Below are positions 12,294 to 23,680 of a stretch of 64,000 bases of DNA, one piece after another. Source of the stretch: Thalia democratica. Lineage: Eukaryota. The DNA is taken from positions 61,628,001 through 61,692,000 of the forward strand of contig OZ241828.1 in NCBI GenBank assembly GCA_965202585.1, written 5' to 3'. Position numbers and translations under genes: made by a program. The stretch's first letter is position 1; each line of letters starts with the position of its first letter. The notes below the pieces were generated by a model, which was not told the origin of the DNA, did no database searches, and worked only from the letters and a program-made list of their open reading frames with translations.

Positions 12294-13699
12294 CTGTGAC
12301 GTCATGATCGCGCGTGCACACGTCATAGTTGTTCGAGTGACGTCAGAGTGGGTTATGTGAAAGTTTTGCAAGTGAGTTATTTGTTAAAATTGTCCTTTTT
12401 TCAGTAATATAAATACATAAAAATACTAGACTTAAAAAACTCTTACTTTAAAAAATTTTTTAAATAAGTATTCAAAGTCTACTGAAAAATTATTTTGACA
12501 AAAAGGTGCAATGTGTGTAAAAATTTTAAGATTGTTTAAATGCTTACTTTGAAATTTTTTAAAGTTAAACATTAAAATGTTATTATAAAATATACAGAAT
12601 ATATAAAAAATTATTTATCTATAAGATTTAAAAACAATCAAAAAACAATTAAATATTTTATAAACATAAATAGTTAACTAACTTTATATATTTAGAGCTT
12701 AGTAAACACCACATGAATGGTTATTATTTCTAAAAAGTATAAATATTTTAAATAAAAAATGCATGAACTATTTTAGCTTGCTTTTGGATGACACCCGTTT
12801 TCAAATTTAATGAGAGCACCATAAAAAAATTTTAATTTAAATATTTACGTTAAATTTACTATTGAAAATCTATTATACGCGGCATAACAAACACGTATAT
12901 TTATTTGATTCAAATAAATATATTCAACGAAATTGGCATGCAAACATAACATAAACATTAATGCTTTTTTTTCCATAACTTGCAAAGAAATTTTTTCATT
13001 AGATTTAGCTTTTGTAAATTGCAAAAGTTTTTTGTTAATTAGTAAATTAAAACTTTAAATTAAATTGAAACAGAAAATTTCTAATGCAAAAAATCTAGCG
13101 ATTAATTTGAACTTTGATAAATTAATAAAAACTATTTAACTGCAGGTACAAAACTTGCTTTAAGTTTCAGTAAAAATGTTTTTAGTCTTTTAATTAAATA
13201 CAATTTTTACAGCATTTTTTGCAATTAAATCTATCTATTTAATTGCAGTTTCATACAAAAGAAATTAAACACTTTGCTTTTATTTGACGATTTTTGCATG
13301 CTAAATTTTCAGTTCATTCTTACTGAAACTATGAACAAGTTTGTCAGTAAAAACTCCAGTGTGATAACGAATGATGAATGTGAAACATGAAAACAAGCGA
13401 CGAGTTTAAGCAATGATATCAACGAAATAAAGCACCAAATTTACATGAAACAATGCAGAAGTAGCAAAGAAATGTTCAATGAAAGTACAAGCTGTATACT
13501 GATGTAAAGCTTAAATATAATGTAATAAAAAACATAAAAACGAATGAAACATTCAACAAAATGAAATTGCGTACAATAAATTACAATCAAAATACAAAAA
13601 AAATGCACAAAAAACCACACATGAACAAATCTAAATAAAAACAAGCTGTATTAAATATACACCCAGCACACGCATTTAAATATTGGCAGCAACTGCATG

Positions 13700-13795
13700 T
13701 GCACACAGGAAATCTGCCATCAAAGCCGACGAAAAATTGATTGCTTCGTGTTTAAGTTCGGGCGTGAGTCGGCCGCTTTGATGTTTGTTTACGGC
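13700..13795. promoter_or_regulatory. Candidate TCF/Fox/ETS enhancer
   Basis: CAGGAAAT at 13706, ATCAAAG at 13719, CTTTGATGT at 13776, TGTTTAC at 13786, in a CpG-rich patch. Confidence 0.4.
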
Positions 13796-16317
13796 GAAAA
13801 TTCGAGGTGAAAACTTCAAAGGCGAAATTTTTGCTGCCCTAAATCTTCTAAAGAGAAAAATTTCGAAGCGGAAAAAAAGTAAATTGCTTTTAATTACGCC
13901 GATTTATCATGCGAAAGTTTTTAAACGTTGGTTGGATAAAAAGTCTTTAATGTTTTATTTCGTATGTAAAGGAATTGTCTTTTTAGTGACTCGGTTATTG
14001 TTTGAGCTGTGTTCACTTACCTAAAGTTTTTATAAGAATAGTTTTGACTTATTTTTGTTTAGATCTAAAAATAAAACGTAAAAAATCCTCATTATTTCTT
14101 TTTAACTTTTTTAAGGTATTTGAAAACAAACTTTTGCAAATTTGAGGTAAAATGAAATTACGAGTTCCTAAATTAATTGATTTTTTGATAAAACTAAAAG
14201 TCGTATAAAAATAATTTTTATCGTGAAACAAACACCGCGAAAAATTCCGACCTTTTTAAACTGACAACAATTCCAGTGAACTTTTTTTTGTGAACTTACT
14301 TTAAACTTTAAATGAGCAATTTTTAATGTCACAACTTTTAAGACAATGCAGTTGTTTCATATGTAATATGTCAGCTGTCCTATATTTAAATGTGTGTGCT
14401 AGATAACATTATGTACATTTATACAGTGGAACGATTGCACGTTTGAATGAAACGAAAATCAAATGAAATTGTAAAAAATCAAACGTTTCATAACAAAACA
14501 TCTTTTTTTTGAAACAAAGATGTTTTTGTACGAAATTCAAAAAAAATGTTCAAACCAAAAAAGAAAAATATCCTCAATCAAAGTTTGACACTGAATTTTT
14601 TTTTATTTACGGCGAGAAACTGTTCCCACAGTTTTACAAAACATGACGTAAACTGAAAACAATAAAGTTTTTATGCCTGAAACTCTCATTTCTGAACTTA
14701 AAACCTTTTTTGTGTCATTTCAATGGGTTGAATTAAAACTTAAGGACAAATATCGCATGAAGATATTAGGTTTCTTTGTTAAAAGGAACAAAAAAACATT
14801 TTACTCTAAATTCACTTTTTTGTCTTCGGTTGACTCTTTAACGATTTAAATCGGAACAATAATTTCCTTTGAGTATTAATTTCTGCATCAAATTTTGAGT
14901 AAGGCTAACATACGTTGAAAATGCAATAAAAAATTGAAAATAAAGAAATTTTTGCAAAACACAATAAATTTCAATGCGACAAAAAGCCCAACACCAAATT
15001 CAAACAAGTCCTCTCAAACTAAAACACAGCAATCAAGTAAAAAATTGAGAGGTTGTAGTATATGTGTGAAATAAATGCTGAAACTCACATATAAAACAGG
15101 GTCGTCAGAGACTTGCTGTAATAGAAAAAATTAAAGTTAGACAATTATTTAAACACAATATACAAAGTAGAAAAACACAACAAATTGATTAAAACTTGAA
15201 GAATTAATGATTAGGTTTGAATTTCATAGACTTTAAGTAAATAATAATAATAAATAATTGCTTCATAGTTTTTGTTGTATCAAAAAGAATTTTTTAAATA
15301 CAACTGCAATAAAAATTAACAGAAAGAAAGTAACAAAGATAATTTATAAGTACTTTACACATTGTATAGCAACATTTGAAAATATTTTTTTTATTTGCAA
15401 ACTTATCTAAAATTTGGCCAAAAGTTACTACTAGACTAGACTTGTATTGATAATAGTTTGACTATTTTAAGCTTTTTAAAACTTGGCTAATTAAGTTTTA
15501 ATATTCCTAGATTTTAAATCAACTAATAGAGTAATCTTCAATATTGTAAGAAAAAGAGAAAGAAATCCACGTAATTAAAAGTTTAAGTAGATAAAAATTA
15601 TTTATTTGTACCAAAAAAATCACTTAATTACATGTAACTGAAATTTAAAATGAAAAAATTCAAAAATATTAAAGAAAACTATTTAAATGATTTTAAAAAT
15701 TATTCTTTTTAGAAGATGTACTCATAGTTTAACTATTATCTAACATAAAAGCAGAATATTTATAATTTAAATTTTGTAAATTTAGTAAAATGCTTAAACT
15801 TTATGATAAGTTTATATCTAGTTATCAACAATATAGTTCTAAACAATGCAAACTTCATAGACAAAAACTAAAACGTAAGTTCAAAACAAAAGACTCTTAA
15901 TTTTAAAAACTTGTACAAAAATCCTTTACTAGCTACAAATACAAGTTTAATTAGACAATGTTAGAAACTGTGTTTTGTTTTGAATTTAGGTCGAAGCTTT
16001 TGTCCAGCAGTTTACCAACAAAAGTTATCTATTTATTCGTGTAAATAAATAGCTCAGATTGCAACAATAAAAAAGTTTATTTCAATGCGGTTTCTAGTTC
16101 TTTGACTTTTTACACAAAAAAAGCAGAAACCTTCTGAAAACTCAGACCTTGAAACGGCCTAAAAACAGTACTTGGGCTAAAACAACTAAAAGTAACCTTA
16201 AGATGGTAACCTTAAGGTACCAAAGTCTTCAAAAGATCTCTGCTTTTCACCAATGCAACAAAGAAACCGCACCAACGAATAAACTTTCGCACACCCCAAC
16301 AACGCAAAAGTACCCAC

Positions 16318-16565
16318 GTAAATCTTGTATCTGGGGTCGACCGACTCAAAGTTCTCGCCCACCAGCCACCGGTACCTCCCGTCGGGCGGGTCCTCCCTGC
16401 TGCTGACCTCGGGCTCGTCCATGGACCGGTACACCTTCCAGTTGACGTCCGGGTGGAGGGTGGTCACTATCAAGCACTTGAGCGTTAGCGTCTCCCCCAC
16501 GTGGACCGTCACGTTGTCCATGCCCTCGTGCCCCCAGTATATCACCGGGCTGCTGTGGTGGCGCT
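16318..16565 (-). CDS. FGFR: Alternative IgIII first-half exon a2 (ERHHSSPVIYWGHEGMDNVTVHVGETLTLKCLIVTTLHPDVNWKVYRSMDE...DPRYKIY)
   Basis: GC-rich ORF homologous to a1 (ER..P(I/V)..N.T..VG....C.....HP...WK.Y.SM.E). tag| acceptor at phase 1. Most likely donor is |GTGGGT at phase 0 (248 nt); a weaker phase-1 GT lies 4 nt further. Confidence 0.8.
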
Positions 16566-17792
16566 CTATGTGGGGAACGATACAACAACATGTTAGTAAG
16601 GAGAAAATATTGATTGTTAATAATCAAAATAATATTAACGCCACAAATCAATGGTTTTTTTTAAGACATCACTCATAGAAGGTTTTGTGGTGATTCTAGT
16701 TTATGGGGGTTCTAATACAATTGCTAAAACATGTTTACCAGGTAAAGAATAAAAATATAAGTCAAAGTTAGTGTTGACAATTCATGGAAGTAAGAATACA
16801 GTCAAGTAGTGTAAAACTAAATGTTTTTAAAATCATAAAGAAAATTTATAGTAGTTTATCAATAAAAAAGTTTTTAAAAGTATGATAAAAAAATAACTTT
16901 GACAAAAAAAATTATGTTTTTATAATAAGATTTAGTATTTGAAATTTAAAAACAGTTATGATGGATGTAGACAGAAAATACAACTTATTGCAACAATAAC
17001 AATAGAATAATACTTTAGATAAACAGAAATAAATAATTATTATTGTAGGTAATTACAATTTAATTGGACTTTCCTGGCAACACTTTAATTGTTGCTTTAG
17101 TATTTTTATAACCATAATGATTAATAACCCAGAAAGATACTGTTATTGAAACAAAAACAATAGTCGATATAATAAGAAGAAACAATAATCAAAATTATGT
17201 CTGTGTTAATTTACAGACTTTATATAAGAGCAAAGGAAAGTATATAAGGAATGATCAGACAAAGATTTTTGTCATTTTTCTATTAATTATCGAGTGTACC
17301 TGCAATTAAGAATAAATTATTTGGTTAGATGAGAGTTAGCATGCAGTGACTATTGTGACGTAATAACAACGGAAAAATGATGACACCAATGAATGCTAAA
17401 ATGTTTAAGTGTGTGTGAAACTTGCTTTATGAATTTTTGTTCCTTGGTGTATGAAAAAATAAATTGAAACTCTTTTGTTTTAATTAAAAAAAAATTAAAA
17501 CATTTTGAATGGTATTTAAAAAATCATTAAAAAGTGTTGGTTGGTCATTAATTTTTATGTGTATTTTTAATAGTAGTCAACATTAAATCACAAAATGGAT
17601 TAGAAAACAATCAAAAAAAGTATATAAAAACTTTTTATTTTATACACCAAATCACAACAAAACGAGCACATGAACGTTTTTTAGTATGCATTATGACAAA
17701 GTGCGCTTTCCAGCCCATTGTGAATCATGACACTACTACTTATTAATATTTCCCGCGCTTTTTTACAAATTTTCCCGCGCTTTTTTTCACAC

Positions 17793-17971
17793 CTTGACGG
17801 TCTTGTAGTTGTCGCTTCCTCTCGTCTCGTTCATGGAGTCGTACTTCTTCCAGTATATGTACGGGTGGGCGTCGCTGAACACTTTGCACTCTATCGTGTA
17901 GTTGTCCCCCACGTACAACGTCTTGTTCTCGGGCGTGGTGAAATGCAGGATGGGTCGGTAGTTCGATCGCT
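17793..17971 (-). CDS. FGFR: FGFR IgIII first-half exon a1, IIIa-like (ERSNYRPILHFTTPENKTLYVGDNYTIECKVFSDAHPYIYWKKYDSMNETRGSDNYKTVK)
   Basis: Hand translation of the reverse strand resembles FGFR ERSPHRPIL...CKVYSDxQPHIQW. 179 nt, phase 1-0, tag| acceptor, AAG|GTGTGA donor. Confidence 0.93.
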
Positions 17972-20900
17972 CTATTGTTACGTCATAGTTGTTTACTTAC
18001 ACGCTTACGTCATAGGTTAAAAAATATATAAAACAGGGTCTCCTAGATGTTAGTTATCTATAGTTTTATGACTCCTGACTTTTATAGGAGCTCTAAACAT
18101 TAGACATCTCTACTAAGTCATATTTCTATAAAATTTGAGGAATAAACTATATGAGTGTTATGGTTCTTCTGAGCTGTTATATAAATATTTGACTTTTACT
18201 AGCACGTAAAACAATTGTACTTTTTACATGCAGGAAAACACCTTCAACAGGGTTTAATATTGTTTAAATTTTTGTCATACTTAAAGTAGAAAAACCATGT
18301 AATATACTTTTTAATTATAAAGTTAGGTCATAAAGATGGACAAAAAACATATTTTTTTTCCTTTTCCATTAAATCATGTAAAGGGTGCTTGGGCTTTAAG
18401 AATATTTTAAGCAACCCAAAACAAAGTTCTTTTGTTAACTAATCTCAACTTGAAACTTAAAATCTTTGCAAATATTTAGTCGGATTTACTGCAGATTACA
18501 ACCATTCAAAAACGTTAAATTAAAATATTTCAGCTCATAAAACGAATACCGTGGATATATTAAGAAGATTTATAGATTTATTAAAAGAAGTAGCTTAAAT
18601 TTTGACGTATAAACTATTTATATGAAATTATACCGTTTTAAAAATGATAGCCTATCATTGTATCTTTTAGTTCTGAATGTCTCAACTTAAAGAGATAAAT
18701 TTTGGTATTTGAAGCAGAAAGGTTATTTTAAATACTTTTTTAAAGAATAAATTCAGAATTTTTTTAAAACTTTAATAAATAACGTATAGCTATTACATAT
18801 GTACTTCTTATTTTTGTGAGCTACAGTGACACAGCTTAATTTATACAAACTTCCATGCTTAGAAGTTAAAAGTGTAACCTTATAGTCGGAAGAGCTATAT
18901 ATACATTCTTATAAACAACAAGTGTGTACAACAAGAATATATATATCAGTTTAAAACTGATGAGTAATGCAACTAAAAAGCGGGGAAATACGCAAGTAAA
19001 ACCAACAACCTTTCTTAACCTTTTTACAAGCGCTCACAAGCATTTAAGTGCAGATCACAAGCGGAAAGACCAACGTAATCTCAGTGTCCTTTATGTAAAC
19101 TTTGTTTTCAAACTACACTTTACAAAACTTTAGCTCATACTGACACGCGTGCAAAAGCCTAATTCAAGTTGATAATGTGCAATTTAAAATCCTAAACACA
19201 AAAAACGCGCGCATTAAAACCCAATAATTTAAACTTTAAAACTTCTGAGAAATTTCGGGCAAATTACGTAATTTCCTACCAGCAAGTTGACAAAAGTTGA
19301 AATTTTTATTTTTAGACCTTTTTGTTGTCGGGCGCGAAAATCACAAAAACCGCCTTTCCGCTCCGAATTATGACGTAACACTCGAAAAGCGCCGAAGCGT
19401 GAACGGAGGTCGGTGCCGGGTCATTCGAGTGATTATTACGTCATAGAAGTTTCGTGGGTAAATCTCGAACGGATGCGCGACCTTTTGTGCTAGAAAACTT
19501 TGTTTGTGTTTTTCCGATTTCGCGCTTTTAATTGCAATTGTGACGTCACAATTGTGATTGTCACCTGCTGCAAGTTTTCTCATCAGAATTTTTTTTTGTT
19601 TACACTTAAAATCTTGCTGTGTTTGTGGGAAAATAAAACCAAGAAACAACTTTTAAAAAATTGTTTTGAAATGAAATTAAAACCAAATAAAAATTTTGAA
19701 TTCAGTAAAGTTGACAATTTAACGGCCATAAATTAACAGTACGAAATATTTTAGTGATGTGCACAATCAGATAGATTTTGTCATTAAACGCTTAACCGAA
19801 AAAAAATGTTTAAAAATACTTTTTTTGCTAACTTGTTTTGCTCGAGACACTTAAAAATTTGCGTAATTTTCTGATAATTTCCTTAGTTTATATTTTAAAA
19901 AATTTCGAATGTTTTTTACGCAATTACAAAGATTTTATCAGAAGTTGACGCCGTAAGTACGCATCAGAAATATCCGATTTGCAAAAAAAAACCTGAAATG
20001 TTTTATCAGGACGGTTAAATTGCTACCTTTTTTTGGGAGTTTCTTTTTAAAACAATAATGAACCATCTTTAAAAACTTAGCCGTATCCTAACAATAACAT
20101 ATTTTATTAATTTTCATCGCTCAAAAAGCTTAGAAAGCTACAAGCAAAACAATAACTTATTTTTACCGCCGGCGCATTTCAAACGTTGCACGAAACACTG
20201 AAATTTTCACCGGTGAAAAAGAGAAGCAACAGCAAGTTTGATAATTACTCAAACTCATTTTCAAATCAGCATAATACACATTTGCACGTTCGAGATTGCG
20301 GCAAGCCGCGAGAAACCAGAAAAGTTTCCGGAAATATTTTGAGGTTGTGGCGGTGGAGATTGTATTTGTTGGGAAAGCGTGCCTGGTACTGCCGAAATTG
20401 GAGACTGGTACCACATATATATATATATTCGTGTGAGTGGCGATATTGTAAATTGTTTATTAATAACTCGTCTGTTTAATTATTTTTATAAGTATTAGGC
20501 GTATCGCAGATAGTTTATTGAAAGTTCCTTATAAAAAACAGTTAGTTTAAAGGCTTTTTGTTTTTTTCTATACGGATACTTTTCACCATTTAATTTTAAA
20601 CGTTTATACACCTGGAGAAATATGTGCATCTACTAGCACAGAGTTTTGTATTAGTTTAACTTACATTCTTATCAAGATAGCTGATTGTAGCGCAAACTAT
20701 TTATTAGTATAACTTGTAAAAATGGAAACACATTCAAAGGTCTGACAGCACAATAGGTTTTTATGATTTAAAATTATTTTTTATAGAGTTGTGGTAACAT
20801 TGACGCGTTAGATATAAAAATAAACTTAAACAGAGTTATATAAAGTACCATGGAAATTTTTGATCAGCTTAAAAGAGTATATTTAGTTACTTTTGTAATT

Positions 20901-23499
20901 TTTTTTCTAATTTCAGACACTTGGTCATAAATGCGGTTTTAATCTATAAGGGTGGCAGAAAAACGGTTATAAATATCCTAGTAAATGTTTTTTGTAGTTA
21001 AACTACCTCTTTCAAAGACTTCTGTAAGCATTTATCAGTTATTTCTATAATAGCTTACAGACATTAGGTCACAGACTATGCGTTTTCTTTTTTGACATAA
21101 AAAAAATTTTGTGTGCAAACTTAAGAAAAATTGTAACCCAGTTTCAAAATGAACAACAAAGAAGTACTATATAAATCAAGTACGAAAAGAACAACGCAAC
21201 TGAAACTGGATATTTAAATTATAACGATAACCGTCAAATCACCTTAATAACTCTACTCGGCGCTATGTAATAAAATTTACAAATGAAAAAATTGCGGCCG
21301 GGGCTTAAAAAATTAAGTATGACTCACAAAAATATTTCACAACAAAAGCAATTTCAAGAATAAATTTAAGACCGTAATTGCGAGTCGTATTTCTTTGAGC
21401 GAAAAAAATTAAGATTTATCGTGGCAGTAATTCGAAAATTGCCCGAAATTAAAATCGACGGAAAATATTCGGTGTTGGGTTTCATGTGTATATAAAAACA
21501 ACAAAAAAATACGGAAAATAAATTATTGTCATGACTCAAAGACGAAAATAAATAATAATTTATTGTACTTTTTTTTTAGCTTATTAAGCAGAAAGCATGA
21601 GTCAAAAATTGATTTACAACTTGTATGACTCAAACCTACGGAAAAAAAAATCTCACGAACTACGGAAACGGAAAAAATCCCAAAAACTTTTTTCAAGGGC
21701 TCCTTTCTAAAAATAACCCCGGAACAAACAAACAAAACTTATTTATAGAAGCGGATGAGCTTTTAATGCTCTTGTGAAAGGGGAAATCGGATGTATTTCG
21801 GGGAATTCCCCTAATTTTTACATTGAGACCGAGGGGCGCCGGTTGTTGTGACAACGGAGGATTTCGAAAGTCGACTGTTTTCATTGTGACGTGACAACGA
21901 CGTTTTGAAGAGAAAATTACAATGGTTTTGTTTTTACAACGGGGTTGGAAAATTCGGTGATTAGTGGGTCAAACGGGCACTTTTGTTATAACTTATATTG
22001 AGTGGAATAACAAATAATAATAAACTTTGAGTTTTAGTCTTTAGTTTATTTACAAGGATTGGCAACGATTATTATTTTTTAGAATTATCAGTGGAATAAT
22101 AACGTTTTCTCAAAGCTAAAATAAGTAATTTTGAAGTTTTGTACCTGTAAAATTTTACAAAAAAAAAGAGTTAATAAAAGTTATACTGCAATACCCACAA
22201 ATAAAACAGGGACTATCGTGACTATTTTAGATAAATTTTATATATTTATTTTAAACGTACCAAAATGCTTATATGAAAATTGAACTGAATTTTCAAACAT
22301 TAGTCAAAAACCAAACGCATTTTTATTGTTGCCCAATAAAAGTGCTCCTCTTAATGTTTGATAAAATGACATCTAAAAACTTTTTTTTTGAGAAAGTGAT
22401 AAAAAACCAAACCAAATATGTGATTCACGTTGAATCAATATTTTCAAAAAATGAATAAGCAAACACAGTATTTCCCACATTTTCGTGTGAATAGGTGGTC
22501 GTTGTGATGTCATAATTAGCAATCGGCGATTCCACTTTCTCACAACTCTTTTCATGATTTTATGAGTTTTTTGTGATGTCACAAAGCGGAAAAGTCGCAC
22601 TTGTGTTTTTTGGCCAAAAATTTCACTTGAAAGAGCGTTTCAAAGAGGCCATTATAACAAAAACTTTGATGGCTTTAGTGTGGCCATAGTTCTAAAATGT
22701 TAAAATTTTTAAACAACAAGTTTTTCAACTTAAGTTTTTTTTATTACAGTTATTTAAAACCCAACCAAAGACATTAAAAAAAATGTTTTTGGGTTTGTTG
22801 AGCTTTAAACATTTATGTTTACAGTTTTACTTTGCGCAAACAAAAAGCTTAACGTTTCAGTCACTCATAAAATTTTTCAGCACAATTTTTTTTTGCCACG
22901 CCTCTCCTTCATTGTGATGTCATATTACAGCTGCTTCCACGCTGCATCCTGTTTCATTGTTACGTCACATCCTACTACTACAACGCTGTGTCGTTGTGAC
23001 GTAACCGTCGACTTTTGCGTCACACAAGGTAAACCAGGGTGAATAGTGTTTGTTGTTGTAGAACTTTACTTTTTCATTTTAGTGCAGTTAGTATTTGAAA
23101 AAACACTTTTTTGTTAAATGTAAAAACTCTTAATGTTGTTTTTTTTTTTAACTCACAACGTTTTCATTAATACTTCATGTTCTAAACAGATTTTTTCACT
23201 TTCAAAAACACTAACTTCAACGAGTAAGGATTTCTTTCGTGCAAACAGAATCTCTGCCAAGCACAGTAAGCTTTGATTAAACAAATAACCAAAAAACCAT
23301 CTTGTAGACGGAATTTGGAAAACTTTTATCAACAGACAATTAGACTTTTAAATTTAACAATTGTTACAAAACTTTTCCGGCTGAACAGATTGTTTATGGA
23401 AAAACTCATAAACTGTTTGTGCTTAAAACACAAAAAGTATTTTGGCAAGCGGACAATTAGGCTACCGTCTGTTCTTAATAGTTTTTTCGTGTTTACTGT

Positions 23500-23680
23500 T
23501 TTGTGACGTCACAAATACACAAGAAGCATGTTAAACGGCGGGAAGCTGCTGACTTGTGCTTCCTGGCAACGACAAACTGCTTCATGGCAACTACGTGTTG
23601 CCCGGGGCAACAACATCCGCTTGACGACGAGCGGAAGCACCTTGTTGCCATGCAGTGACGTCACCACATCCGCTTTCGTG
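23500..23680. promoter_or_regulatory. RFX X-box cluster bracketed by CRE sites
   Basis: GTTGCC-CGG-GGCAAC at 23597-23611, TTCCTGGCAAC, TTCATGGCAAC, GTTGCCATG at 23644. TGACGTCA at 23504 and 23656. Confidence 0.5.

Noticed and set aside
12300-16317. Docking-site/selector RNA pairing between the a2 donor region (GTGGGT...GTTGTTGG) and the region upstream of b1 (ACCCAC...CGAACAAC)
   Set aside because: Matches are only 6-8 nt and in parallel rather than antiparallel order, so they cannot form one helix.
16149-18020. Plus-strand ORFs 16149, 16325, 17727 and off-frame minus ORF 16346-16651
   Set aside because: They overlap exons a1/a2 on the other strand or frame; GC-rich exons lack stops in several frames.
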